The notes: generated by a model not told the origin, from the letters alone. A DNA stretch of 31,046 nucleotides from a virus (IMGVR_UViG_3300037780_000020:1-31046), one strand, 5' to 3'; counted from the first letter of the stretch, positions 1 to 9,612 are shown. Program-made: numbers and translations.

Positions 1-649
1 TATCGACGATCTCCTCGCAGTAATCCGCGCAGTCACCCGCCCCGCTGACCGTTGCGCCAAGGCCAAAGATGGTATTGCTGGCAAGGTCGGCGAGGCAAAG
101 TGCCGGGTTGTTGCTGTAGGCGGTAGAAGCGTCGCGCTCGTCGTAGACTTTCCGCCCCTTGATCACAGCGGTAAAGGTTGGCGCGGCGTCGAGTTGGCCA
201 GAGGGAATGCGGAAAACCGAGTACGCCAGGCCAATGTCCCCGCTAGGGGTCTCGAGGATCATGGGGTCTGCAAAAGCCGCAACCCCTGACGAAAGCGTCG
301 AATCCGCTGTTTGGGTCGTGGTGCCGGTGTAGTCGGTCTGCGTCACACCTCCGGGGACCGCCTCGTCGTTGATGTAGACCTTCTCGACCTCTTCAATTTC
401 ACCGAAACACCATACGACGCCAAGCACCAGGTCGCCGGAAATATCACCAATGGCGAAAATACGGCCCGGGACGGTGGTGCGGCCGTAGACCACTGGGATC
501 GGGGATCCTTGTGCGGTGGCGTTGAGGGTGAGAGAGCGCCTGTCATTGAGAGACTTAAGCTGGGACGCAGTCAGTCGGCCCCTGGCACGACGTGATCCGA
601 CGCGGTAGGCGAACGAACGCCCGTCAGGATAAGTGATGGTGACGCTCAT
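1..649 (-). CDS. Tail tip / host-specificity protein (gpJ-like), N-terminal part, runs off the window
   Basis: Not in the ORF track. Read by hand from ATG 649, which overlaps the upstream stop (ATGA): MSVTITYPDG...GSPIPVVYGRT...IKGRKVYDERD...YSNNPALCLADL. These motifs are typical of tail-tip proteins. Confidence 0.85.
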   Translation of the reverse strand, partial: MSVTITYPDGRSFAYRVGSRRARGRLTASQLKSLNDRRSLTLNATAQGSPIPVVYGRTTVPGRIFAIGDISGDLVLGVVWCFGEIEEVEKVYINDEAVPGGVTQTDYTGTTTQTADSTLSSGVAAFADPMILETPSGDIGLAYSVFRIPSGQLDAAPTFTAVIKGRKVYDERDASTAYSNNPALCLADLASNTIFGLGATVSGAGDCADYCEEIVD

Positions 650-1164
650 CGCGGCGACTCCAGGATCAGCTTCTCGCCTTCCCAAGAGATGATCGTGCCG
701 GGGGCCGGGCAGAAGGCGGTCACGGCATCTACGGTATGCCGGGGGGTGAGTTTCTGGGACAGGGTGCGGTGGCTGACTGATACGGAAATATCCTCACCGG
801 CAAAGGCAGAGGAGCGGATTTCCCCATCGATCAGCAGGATCCCGTCCTCGGCGTCGAAGGTGTCGCCGTCGGACGGTGAAGCGGGGATCTGCCAGATCTT
901 GCACGCCCCGCCCCGCCAGGTGCCGTTCTGGGTTTCTGTGACCCGGGTGGACGTAGCCGGCAGGGACAGCGTGGCCGAGCGGGAGTCGGAGATTTGCGTG
1001 ACCCGAAGACCCCCGGCGGTAAAGGTCTGGGAGTCGAAGATGACCTCCCCCGCACAGGACAGGAGCTCTTCCGAGCCCGAGTGCTCCCAGGCCACGAGGT
1101 AGATGGGGCGGGTGGCCTCGGCCGAGAGGTTGGTCTGCAGCCCCGGGGTGACGCTGCGGGGCAT
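646..1164 (-). CDS. Tail tip/hub protein (gpL-like position)
   Basis: 172 aa, beta-rich; second gene after the tape measure; coupled to its neighbours. Confidence 0.65.
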   Translation of the reverse strand: MPRSVTPGLQTNLSAEATRPIYLVAWEHSGSEELLSCAGEVIFDSQTFTAGGLRVTQISDSRSATLSLPATSTRVTETQNGTWRGGACKIWQIPASPSDGDTFDAEDGILLIDGEIRSSAFAGEDISVSVSHRTLSQKLTPRHTVDAVTAFCPAPGTIISWEGEKLILESPR

Positions 1165-1497
1165 TTAGACCTCCTTCGCCCGGAAGGTGAAGCTGACCGA
1201 GTATCGATTCCCGGTCATGTTTTCCTGCACCGGAGAGATGATCCGGCCAATGTAGTCCGTCCCGTCAATCGTCCAGGTGATCTGCTCGGCCCGGTTGGTG
1301 TTAGCAAAGGTCACCAGGGTGTCCTTTTCGGACTGCGTCAGGTAGGCAAACTGGCACTCGATAGTCGTCCACTGATCAGGCCCGAGAACGCGCACTCGCT
1401 GGGAGCCATCGTCCATGAAGTCCACACGGACGTTGTTGTCGCGGGTGAATACGGAAGACCGCTCGAGGTTATAGCCGGAAGGAAACGCTACGCTCAT
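1165..1497 (-). CDS. Distal tail protein (gpM/Dit-like)
   Basis: 110 aa directly after the tape measure; ends in YSVSFTFRAKEV-type strands. Confidence 0.7.
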   Translation of the reverse strand: MSVAFPSGYNLERSSVFTRDNNVRVDFMDDGSQRVRVLGPDQWTTIECQFAYLTQSEKDTLVTFANTNRAEQITWTIDGTDYIGRIISPVQENMTGNRYSVSFTFRAKEV

Positions 1498-4370
1498 GCC
1501 ACACCTGCCTCCCTCGCAGCCCCAAGATCGGCTGCCGCCGCCCTGATCTCCTGGGCGGCGACCAGCATCGTGTCTGCAGCCTGCTGCTGCCGCTGGGCGG
1601 CCTCACGCATGAGGTCGCGGATCTCCGCATTCTGCGCGGACTGGCTTGCGCTCAACTCGTCCAGAATCCTGTCGAGGCGCTGCTGTGCCTGCTCGTTAGT
1701 CGCCTCTGCGTAACGGGCGAACACCTCTGCCTGCTTTTCGCCCGGGTTGTCGATGGAGTTGAACAGGGCGGTGTTGAGGCGGTTGATTTCCTGCGTGACT
1801 CTGGCGATCTCAGCCGGGTCTGTCAGGCCACCAAGCGAGCGCCGCAATGCGTCACGCTCTGCCTTGCGGGAGGCAAACAACTCCTCCGGGGACATGACCG
1901 ACTCGCGGATCTGCTGGGCGCTCTGGGCAAACATCACGCCCACCTGCTCAGACACCTGGTTAACCGCCATGGCCAGCTGGTAGGCCGCCTGCTGGTTCTG
2001 GGCCAGCGCGGCATTCAACTCAGAGGCAGCCGCAGCAGACCCGTCGAAGTTGGCAATGAGCGTGGCAATCTGCTCCAACTGGGAGCGGTAGGCGCCCATG
2101 GCGGTGGTCTGGGCCGCCTCAATGTCTGCGACAACCGACTCCACCGGGTTCTGGCTGGCCATGCGGTCCAGGGAAACCATTGCCTGGGCAAATTGCAGGG
2201 TCTGCTCGCTGGTGCCCTCGAATCCGTCAATGACGCGCTTTAGGGCGGGAGACAGTTGGTCTGCCTGATAGATCACCCTGTCGATCAGGGTCTCAATGAA
2301 CTCGTCCTGCTGGTTGAGGCCGAAGCGGTCAGACCCGATCCGCATGTAGTCCCGGCCCCGCTCAATATCAAGCTGTGCCGAAGAGCCCCCGATAGCTTGC
2401 GCCAGCGCCTGGGCGTAATCGGCAAAGCCCTGGACGGCATCCACGCTGCCCTGATCGAAGGTCTTGCCCACACCAAAGACGTTGCTTTGCCCGGTGGCAA
2501 GGTTAACGCGCCCCCGGCCGGGGTTGTCGCCGTTGTTCTGTCCACCGAACAAGGACTCAATGCCTGCTCCTGCGAAGGATCCAAGACCTGCACCCAGTGG
2601 GCCGCCCAGGGCAAAGCCGATGGTGCCGCCAAGGCTTGAGCCTATGCCACTGGTCTGCCCGAACACCTGATTCCCCAGGTAACCACCCGCAAAGCCGGCA
2701 GCCGCGCCACCGATAGCGGTGCCGAAGGTCATATTGTTGGCCGTGTTGAACGCCCGGCCGGAAAGTCCAACCAGTGTGTCGCTGCCAAGGGCCGAGCCGG
2801 CCTTGAAAAGCCCCTGGCCCACAAGATTGGCCGCCCCCGCACCGAAGCCGCTGATACCAGACATAATGCCGCCACCGGCCCCGCCGGACGCATAGGCCAT
2901 CTCGGCAATGGTGTCGAGGAACAGGTTTTTCAGGCCGTCAAAACTGATCTTGCCGTTGCGGAGGATATCCTTGAAGAAGTTGGCAAACTGATCATCCAGG
3001 CGCTCAAGCCCCCGGTCATAGGCGGCCTGGAAGTCTGACACGTCCTCCTCGGACAGTTTGACCAGCGCGGCACTGTCCTTGGCAATGCTCTCCCGGGCCT
3101 TGAGGAGGCGGTCCTGCATCGACTCAAACGCCTCATCGGACAGGGTGACAAACTCCTGGGTGTCCGACGCCATCGCGCTGGTGGACGCCTCCCACTGGCG
3201 CTCCACGTCAATCACAAACGCCTTGATCTGGTCGGAGGGGAGTTGCTCCGTGGCCAGGCGGTTGATGGTGGCCATGGTGTCCTCGAACTCGGACTCCAGG
3301 GTCAGCAGCGCACCCTCTACCGATGAGCGCACTTCCCGCTCGTCAGTAAACGGTAGATCGTTCCACCACTTTGTGACGGCCTTGCCGACGCGATCAAGTA
3401 CCCGGAGCGTGGACACCGCCCAGCCCTGCAGCACCGCCTTCAGGCCCTGCCAACCAAGCTGCAGCCCCCGTACGCCGTCCGCCATGACGCCAATGGCATC
3501 GATGACAAAGCCGAAGGACTGATCTGCCGCCTTGCCGACGCCGCCCGTTTCCTTGGCAACACCAAAAAGCCGATCAGCGATAGCCTCGAGCGTGGGAGCA
3601 AACTTCACTGCCAGTTGCTGGGTAAAGCCGCTGAAGGTAGAGCGCACGCGATTCATCGCGTCATTGGCCGCCTCGACCTTGGCGGCGTCGATCTCGTTGA
3701 TGGCAATGCCCGCCTGCCGCGCCTCGTTGGCAAAGCGGTCCAGGGCTGTGACGCCGCCCTCCATCGTCTGCACGAGGGAAACGCCTTCCGAGTCGAACAG
3801 CTTCATGGCCAGGCGCACACGGTCGGACTGGCTGCCAACCCCCTCCATGGCCTCAGTGACACGCCGGAAGGTTTCGTCGGGAGACAGCCGGTTGAGCTCG
3901 ACAGCCGAAAGACCCAACTCCTTCAAGGCATCCCTGGCCTCTCCCGTCCCCATGGCCGCCTCTGCCAGGCGCCGCGTCATGCGCTGCAGGGCCATGTCGA
4001 GGGTGGAGGCAGAAACCCCCGTCTGCTCCGCGGCAAAGCGCAGGGCGGCGAGGTTCTGGGTGGCAACCCCCAAACGACCAGACACCTTGGCCAGGGAGTC
4101 CACCGACTGCAGCCCCTGGCGGACAAATGCGGCCGTCATGGCCGCGCCGGCTGCAGCAACGCCGGCAGAGAACTTCGCAGCGGCCACTGTGCCGGTCTTC
4201 ATCCGGCCAGCGAGCTTGTCGAATGACCCGCCCGCCTTGTCCGCGCTCTTCCCTGCTGCCTGCTGCTGCTTGCCGAGTTTGTCTGTCCGGTCCCCGGCGC
4301 TCTTTACCGCGGCCTCATACTGGCCCGTATCGGCATTGAGCACCCAGCGGGACTGCATCTCATTTGCCAT
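1494..4370 (-). CDS. Tail tape measure protein
   Basis: 958 aa, Ala-rich helical with Gly-rich hydrophobic segments; follows the tail chaperones. Confidence 0.93.
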   Translation of the reverse strand: MANEMQSRWVLNADTGQYEAAVKSAGDRTDKLGKQQQAAGKSADKAGGSFDKLAGRMKTGTVAAAKFSAGVAAAGAAMTAAFVRQGLQSVDSLAKVSGRLGVATQNLAALRFAAEQTGVSASTLDMALQRMTRRLAEAAMGTGEARDALKELGLSAVELNRLSPDETFRRVTEAMEGVGSQSDRVRLAMKLFDSEGVSLVQTMEGGVTALDRFANEARQAGIAINEIDAAKVEAANDAMNRVRSTFSGFTQQLAVKFAPTLEAIADRLFGVAKETGGVGKAADQSFGFVIDAIGVMADGVRGLQLGWQGLKAVLQGWAVSTLRVLDRVGKAVTKWWNDLPFTDEREVRSSVEGALLTLESEFEDTMATINRLATEQLPSDQIKAFVIDVERQWEASTSAMASDTQEFVTLSDEAFESMQDRLLKARESIAKDSAALVKLSEEDVSDFQAAYDRGLERLDDQFANFFKDILRNGKISFDGLKNLFLDTIAEMAYASGGAGGGIMSGISGFGAGAANLVGQGLFKAGSALGSDTLVGLSGRAFNTANNMTFGTAIGGAAAGFAGGYLGNQVFGQTSGIGSSLGGTIGFALGGPLGAGLGSFAGAGIESLFGGQNNGDNPGRGRVNLATGQSNVFGVGKTFDQGSVDAVQGFADYAQALAQAIGGSSAQLDIERGRDYMRIGSDRFGLNQQDEFIETLIDRVIYQADQLSPALKRVIDGFEGTSEQTLQFAQAMVSLDRMASQNPVESVVADIEAAQTTAMGAYRSQLEQIATLIANFDGSAAAASELNAALAQNQQAAYQLAMAVNQVSEQVGVMFAQSAQQIRESVMSPEELFASRKAERDALRRSLGGLTDPAEIARVTQEINRLNTALFNSIDNPGEKQAEVFARYAEATNEQAQQRLDRILDELSASQSAQNAEIRDLMREAAQRQQQAADTMLVAAQEIRAAAADLGAAREAGVA

Positions 4371-4683
4371 TCTGCATTTCCTTGAGCGCAGCCAATTCCA
4401 TGATCTGCACCTTTTCGAAGAGGTCCGGGGTCATCTTGATATCTGACATGCGGGCGCAGGGCTCTACACCTGCGTAGTTGAGCCCCACCCTCTCCCCCAT
4501 GGGGGAGATAACCCACTGCGTCTGCAGACGCATGAAGAACTCCAGCGCCTCGAGGTTCTCGCGGTAGACCCCGAAAGCGGATTGATCCACCACGTCCTCG
4601 GCGGGGATGCCCCACGCCTCGGCATCGGCAGCGAGCTCGCTATCGCCGCCCGCCCTGAAGATCCGGCGGACGGCGTCCTTCAG
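4360..4683 (-). CDS. Tail assembly chaperone T segment (DUF1799-like), reached by -1 frameshift from G
   Basis: Frame is open from CTG at 4683: LKDAVRRIFRAGGDSELAADAEAWGIPAEDVVDQSAFGVYRENLEALEFFMRLQTQW...GLNYAGV... Confidence 0.8.
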   Translation of the reverse strand: MKDAVRRIFRAGGDSELAADAEAWGIPAEDVVDQSAFGVYRENLEALEFFMRLQTQWVISPMGERVGLNYAGVEPCARMSDIKMTPDLFEKVQIMELAALKEMQNGK

Positions 4684-5027
4684 TTTTTTGCCTTGTGCCC
4701 CGAAACGCCCTCGGCATATGCCTCGACCAGTGCGTCAGCAAATATGGGGTTCCGCCGGATGATCCGGTTGCGCTCATCGGCATCCTCGATCTCATTGCCA
4801 TCGGCGTCCTGCACCGGGATGCCGGTGAAGGACACCAGGGCCGACTCGAGAAACCGCTGCACGTTGCGGGTCTCCGGGTTGATGACGAGCTCCTCGATGG
4901 CTTCCTGGTCGAGGACGTTGAAGGTTGCCTCGAACTTCACCAGCGACTTCTTGCCGCCCATGGGGACGTGGGCCTTGACGGACCAGTCGAACGTGGATTC
5001 TTCGCGCAGTACAAACATAAGGGCCAC
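4680..5027 (-). CDS. Tail assembly chaperone G (start GTG 5027 or ATG 5018)
   Basis: About 115 aa between tail tube and tape measure; ends GCA AAA AAC TGA, a slippery site. Confidence 0.85.
   Translation of the reverse strand: MALMFVLREESTFDWSVKAHVPMGGKKSLVKFEATFNVLDQEAIEELVINPETRNVQRFLESALVSFTGIPVQDADGNEIEDADERNRIIRRNPIFADALVEAYAEGVSGHKAKN
4683..4689 (-). promoter_or_regulatory. Programmed -1 frameshift heptamer A AAA AAC
   Basis: Fits X XXY YYZ in the correct phase; the -1 frame is the T frame. Confidence 0.85.
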
Positions 5028-5115
5028 CGTTTACCGTTGAAATGCGACCGTTGAAGAGGTTGGCGGGCCCGGGCACGGTCAACACCCGGCAAGGCCGAGG
5101 CACCCGCCAAACCGA

Positions 5116-6045
5116 TCAGGTGCAGGTGATGGTCAGTTCATCGTCACCGGAATCCGGCACGAGAGAGAGACCCATCTCCAGCGTGGAGATGCCATCGCTC
5201 TCGCCGTAGGTCGGCTGGACAATCTGCACCGCAGGGGCGTCAATCTGCACCGTGTTCCCGGTGGCCGATCCGTGAACCAGTTGCAGCGCCCCGGTGGTCG
5301 AGTTGACCGCCGTGGTGAACCAGTTCTTGTCGGAGATGGCCGGCGCCTCAATGACGCACTGGCCGGCCGGCGCACGGTCCACCAGTTCGACAGACTCATT
5401 GCCGACCACGTTGCGATAGACCACCTCGTTGGCCATGTCGAGCGACAGGGAAATCAGGGTGGACGATTCGCCGTGCAGCGTGAACGTGCCGGTGTTGTCA
5501 TTGTTGATGGGCAGCGGCGTCTGGAAGCTGGACACCGTGGGGGTCCCGTCCGCGCTGGACGTGGGCGCGTTATAGAGCCCGGTGAAGGTGAAAGAGAACC
5601 GCGGGATTTCACCCGGGGACAGATTCATGCTCACCGTGCCGCGGGCGCCGGTCACCTTGTGAAGCTGCCCGTCATGCTGGAAGTACAGCGTGGCAGAGTC
5701 GATGCTGTCCGACACCGGCGCGAAAACCACGGACGTGGATGCGTTGACGGTTTCGGAGAACCCGCAAGCCTGCAAGGCCGAGGACCACTTCGGGGGCGTG
5801 TCCACACCGCCACCGCCTGCCACCTCCACCTGGAAGCTGATCTGCACGAAGGTGCCGACCTGGATTTGCAGGTCATTACCCAGCACGGCGCGGTCCAGGT
5901 TGCGCCCGACCGTGGGGCCGGCCAGGGGCGTGATGGAAAGGTTGCTGGTCAGCACCGCATCCGACGCCTCGGCGGGCGTGGAGTCGGTGCCATAGGAGCT
6001 CTCGGTTTTCACGAGAACGTATTTCTTTCTTGCCAGGAGTGCCAT
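5116..6045 (-). CDS. Major tail tube protein
   Basis: 309 aa, Ser/Thr-rich beta protein with ESSYGTD N-terminus; lies between tail terminator and chaperones. Confidence 0.88.
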   Translation of the reverse strand: MALLARKKYVLVKTESSYGTDSTPAEASDAVLTSNLSITPLAGPTVGRNLDRAVLGNDLQIQVGTFVQISFQVEVAGGGGVDTPPKWSSALQACGFSETVNASTSVVFAPVSDSIDSATLYFQHDGQLHKVTGARGTVSMNLSPGEIPRFSFTFTGLYNAPTSSADGTPTVSSFQTPLPINNDNTGTFTLHGESSTLISLSLDMANEVVYRNVVGNESVELVDRAPAGQCVIEAPAISDKNWFTTAVNSTTGALQLVHGSATGNTVQIDAPAVQIVQPTYGESDGISTLEMGLSLVPDSGDDELTITCT

Positions 6046-6047
6046 GG

Positions 6048-6191
6048 TCAGGATTCCTCTTCGTCAGCTTCGGGAGTATCGGCAATGGTGTCCTCGGACT
6101 CCCGAGCTGGGCCCTCGATCAACACCCATTCGCCGGATTCGGGGTTGAACCAGTAGCGGCTGCCGTCTGGCTCAATGCGATAACGGGGCAT
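6048..6191 (-). CDS. Small acidic protein, 47 aa (MPRYRIEPDGSRYWFNPESGEWVLIEGP...EEES)
   Basis: Below the track cutoff; AGAGGT SD; fills the intergenic gap exactly. Confidence 0.65.
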   Translation of the reverse strand: MPRYRIEPDGSRYWFNPESGEWVLIEGPARESEDTIADTPEADEEES

Positions 6192-6201
6192 GGGATACCT
6201 C

Positions 6202-6639
6202 TTAAATTGCGGTTTCTGGGTCTGCGGCCGTTGTTCGATACCAGACGCGATAGGAAAGCCTGGCGCTCATGACCGGCTTTTCGCCGTCGCCGTAGGACTG
6301 GAACGCGGTGCGCTCGAGGATGCACTCGGTCACCGTGCCATCCAGCGTCAGATCAGCGGCGAGCTCGGCCTCAACCTGCGCGACGTAATCGTCCACCGTG
6401 TCATCGACGCCGGTTACGGCCTCTGCCAGCACCTCGACCACCAGTTCCGCCTCACGGGTGTAGCGGGCCGGGGTGTTGAGGGCGCTGCTGTTTTCGTTGG
6501 TCGCACGCTCCTGGTTCACATACACCGAGATCGCCGGCAGCGCGTCATAGGGGTAGATGCGCGTCCGGTGGACGGTGATGCCGATGGGCGCCAGGATGCT
6601 GGCAACCTTCTCGCGGATGACCTGGCGGTGGTGTTTCAT
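6202..6639 (-). CDS. Tail terminator (gpU-like)
   Basis: 145 aa with LPAISVY motif, acidic; precedes the tail tube gene. Confidence 0.8.
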   Translation of the reverse strand: MKHHRQVIREKVASILAPIGITVHRTRIYPYDALPAISVYVNQERATNENSSALNTPARYTREAELVVEVLAEAVTGVDDTVDDYVAQVEAELAADLTLDGTVTECILERTAFQSYGDGEKPVMSARLSYRVWYRTTAADPETAI

Positions 6640-7217
6640 CGCCGCGCCAGCCCGCGCTTGGCAACCTCTCGGTCAATGCGCTTCTGCATATTCGTGAAGA
6701 ACACCTCGTCAAAGAAGTCCTTGGCCGGCTTGCGGAGGACGTTGCGAACTGAGCGCCGCAGGAACGGACCAATGTCGGCACGCTCCTCCACGATTGGGAG
6801 CCTGGCAGCGCCCTTGCGGGCAAAGGCGGACTTCTTGCCGCTTGCCATCACCGCATAGAACGCCTTGGGGTTCTGCGGCTTGCCGGGCATGGTCTTGTAG
6901 GTAACGCCACGCTTCCCAACCCGTCTGGGGCGAGGGGTCATCTTCGACACCAGCACCGGCACCTCGCCAATGAAGCCCATGGCAGACAGTTTCCGCATGG
7001 ATGCCCTGCGGGTGCGGATCGGCTTGATGCGGCGCCGGATGATGGACTGTTTGACCCCCGTGCGCCGTGACACATCCACGGACGCCTCCTTGCGGATGAA
7101 GGTCATGGTCCGATTCATGGCCTTCGCCGCCTCCGACCGCATGGTCCGCTCGCTGATCTCATAGAGAAGCTCGGCCATCTCAGGCGTGTCGGTCGTAAAC
7201 TCGAAGGTCAGAGACAT
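6636..7217 (-). CDS. Tail completion protein (lambda gpZ-like)
   Basis: 193 aa, very basic, AAKAMNRT and RLPI motifs; syntenic with gpZ. Confidence 0.75.
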   Translation of the reverse strand: MSLTFEFTTDTPEMAELLYEISERTMRSEAAKAMNRTMTFIRKEASVDVSRRTGVKQSIIRRRIKPIRTRRASMRKLSAMGFIGEVPVLVSKMTPRPRRVGKRGVTYKTMPGKPQNPKAFYAVMASGKKSAFARKGAARLPIVEERADIGPFLRRSVRNVLRKPAKDFFDEVFFTNMQKRIDREVAKRGLARR

Positions 7218-7507
7218 TAGGTGGCCCGGAGGATCACTTGCGCGATATCCGGTTCCGTGTTCCGCACATCCACGACCTGGTAGGCCGTGCCGTCAATGGT
7301 CAGCACATCGCCGGCCGACCAGTCCGACGCGACAGAAGAGCGAGCCACCGTGAGAATCGGGGCCACCTGCGAGTAGTCGCCAGCGTCCACATAATCCTCG
7401 TCAAGGATCCCGGGGAACGCATCGCCGCCCCAGGTGGTTGGCGTCACGTCTTGCGCGAAGTCGCTGAAAAAGACCGTGGCAAGGTCTGGCGTGAAATCAG
7501 TCGCCAC
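7217..7507 (-). CDS. Head-tail joining/closure protein (gpFII-like)
   Basis: 96 aa, GDVLTIDGTAYQV motif; expected position. Confidence 0.75.
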   Translation of the reverse strand: MATDFTPDLATVFFSDFAQDVTPTTWGGDAFPGILDEDYVDAGDYSQVAPILTVARSSVASDWSAGDVLTIDGTAYQVVDVRNTEPDIAQVILRAT

Positions 7508-7709
7508 GACCTTCGTCTGCCTCGTCCATGCGGTTGACCGGGGCCTCTACCTTCTTCGGGCGCCCGGGGCGCTTGACCGGCTCGCTGTAGACCTCGGCAA
7601 ACTTGAAGTTGACCAGCAGACGGCCCTGCCGGTCGCTGGCATCGACAACATCGCCGGCCTTGACCCGCTTGCCGTCACAATTCGTGCTTTTCAGCATCTT
7701 GATCTTCAT
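7497..7709 (-). CDS. Small head-associated protein
   Basis: 70 aa directly after the capsid gene; MKIKMLKST..GDVVD type often seen here. Confidence 0.6.
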   Translation of the reverse strand: MKIKMLKSTNCDGKRVKAGDVVDASDRQGRLLVNFKFAEVYSEPVKRPGRPKKVEAPVNRMDEADEGRGD

Positions 7710-7723
7710 TGCATCACCCTTGG

Positions 7724-7751
7724 AAAAAAGAAGGGGGCCCTAAGGCCCCCT
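7724..7751 (-). terminator. Intrinsic terminator after the capsid gene
   Basis: AGGGGGCC-TTAG-GGCCCCCT followed by TCTTTTTT. Confidence 0.85.
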
Positions 7752-7767
7752 GCGTGATGGCTATCGC

Positions 7768-9612
7768 TTACACGATACCGTCGTGGGCGTGACAGAACGC
7801 CGTGGGGTAGCGAACCGCCACATCGACCGTCTTGAAGGTGATGTAACGGATCTTGCCCTTGAGGCTGTGGGTGTAGGGATCGACGTTGATCTCGAGACCG
7901 CCCCACTCACCGATGAGCACCTGCGAGAAGTCACCGAAGAAGTAATGCTCATCGGTAACCTGGTTGCTCATGATGTAGGGGTAGCCCTTGATCCGGTCGT
8001 TGTCCCCGAGGATGAAGTTACCCTCGACACCGGAGCCCTGCTTCGGCGTGGTGGACAGCGCCTCCCAGCCGTTGGCCTCGATGAGCCACACCGGGTTGCC
8101 CATGATGGCGTTGTCTTCCATCACCAGGCGGATGATCTCAACGATCTCCGCATAGGTCGGGTCGGCAGCCGCCAGGTCCTTCACGTTGATGCCAGACTGG
8201 TTGGCGATACCCGTGGGCTCACCGGAAGATCCGGCGCCGTACAGGGTAGCGAGGTCGATGCCCAGCGCCTGGGCAACCGCCAGATCGTTCCGCACGATGG
8301 CCTCGATGGACGGGGTGGACTGCTGCAGGAGGCGACGGGTCACCTCGGTGTAGCAGGCCAGGTCCTTCGGGGACATGGTGATCTGATCGAACTGCGGCTC
8401 GCTCTCGGTCGCGTCACCGTCCTCGGCGCTGATCCAGGTGGATGCAGCAGCGGAGGTCTGGCGCGGGATCTCGACGTTGCCGACGAGGCCCGACAGCATG
8501 GTGGCGCCGGCCCGCATGACCGAGGACGAGTTGCGGAGGACCTCCACATAGTCGCCCGGGCGCAGGTTGTCGGCCACCAGTTCCGCACCGTCCGTTGACG
8601 TGCCGGCAGACAGATCACGGCCCAGCAGGCTGGTCGGGATGAACTCACCGCGGCACTTGAAGTCGTCGCCAAAGCCACGAGTGGCCTCTGCGGAGACTTC
8701 CAGTTCGAAGGCGGCGCGCTGCTGCGCGGAGCGGTCGTTGGGGTTCCGCAGTGCGTCCATGAGGCGAACCAGCGAGAACTGCTCCCGGTCCTTACGGGAC
8801 AGGTCCACCTCGCCATCGTGGCCGGATTCGGCGCGGGCGGCGTTGTTGCGCTCGCCAACCTTTTCCAGGGCCTTGGCGTTGAACTGCTCGATGGACCAGC
8901 CCTCCGAAACAGCCTGCCGGCCGAGATCATCGAGCTCGAACTTGTCGGCAGCCTGGCGGATGGAGTCCACGCGGCGGGTTTCCTCGGTGCGGATGCGCTG
9001 GCGCTCCGCGGCTTCGTCGAAGGTCGGCTCCTGGCGGACCTCGTCTTGGACTGCTTCGGGCATGGTAGCCTCCTGTTGTGTCTCGAGTTGAGCTTCGGGT
9101 GCATCGGAGGACCGGCCGACACCAACCTTGGTGTCAGCGGGGATGGCAACGATGCTGACCTCCATGGGCTCCCACCGGGTCACGGTCACAAGGTCTGGCT
9201 CGCCACTGCGCTCCTCAACCTCATATTTGTGAATGCGATAGCCCACGGACACCAGGCGACGGATGCCGTCCCGCACGTCCTCGAAGATCTCCTGCGCCCG
9301 CTGACTCTTCCCGAAGCGGATGACAGCACGTCCCACCCGGTCATTGTCGATGCGCGCAGATTCAACAACACCGACCTGATCGTCGGCGTCATGGTTTACC
9401 AGGACAGCGGCGCCCCCGTTGAGGCGCTCGAGCAGCACGCTCTCGCTGTCATGGCGCAGCACCTCCACCCCGAAAAACCGCTCATACGGCTCCTCGGAAC
9501 TGAAGGCGATTTCCACAGTCCGGGCGTCTTCATCGACCTCCCGGCGCTGTACGGTTGCGGATCGCTCAACCTTCCGGTCAAGGATCTCGGCATCAAGCTT
9601 CTTGGTTGTCAT
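7768..9612 (-). CDS. Prohead protease - HK97-fold major capsid protein fusion
   Basis: N-terminal HK97-type protease motifs (VLVNHD, LVSVGY, EVSIVAIPAD); C-terminal HK97-like capsid. Confidence 0.92.
   Translation of the reverse strand: MTTKKLDAEILDRKVERSATVQRREVDEDARTVEIAFSSEEPYERFFGVEVLRHDSESVLLERLNGGAAVLVNHDADDQVGVVESARIDNDRVGRAVIRFGKSQRAQEIFEDVRDGIRRLVSVGYRIHKYEVEERSGEPDLVTVTRWEPMEVSIVAIPADTKVGVGRSSDAPEAQLETQQEATMPEAVQDEVRQEPTFDEAAERQRIRTEETRRVDSIRQAADKFELDDLGRQAVSEGWSIEQFNAKALEKVGERNNAARAESGHDGEVDLSRKDREQFSLVRLMDALRNPNDRSAQQRAAFELEVSAEATRGFGDDFKCRGEFIPTSLLGRDLSAGTSTDGAELVADNLRPGDYVEVLRNSSSVMRAGATMLSGLVGNVEIPRQTSAAASTWISAEDGDATESEPQFDQITMSPKDLACYTEVTRRLLQQSTPSIEAIVRNDLAVAQALGIDLATLYGAGSSGEPTGIANQSGINVKDLAAADPTYAEIVEIIRLVMEDNAIMGNPVWLIEANGWEALSTTPKQGSGVEGNFILGDNDRIKGYPYIMSNQVTDEHYFFGDFSQVLIGEWGGLEINVDPYTHSLKGKIRYITFKTVDVAVRYPTAFCHAHDGIV

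Noticed and set aside
2560-2890. Gly-rich quasi-repeats in the tape measure gene
   Set aside because: Ordinary tape-measure composition, not a DNA repeat array.
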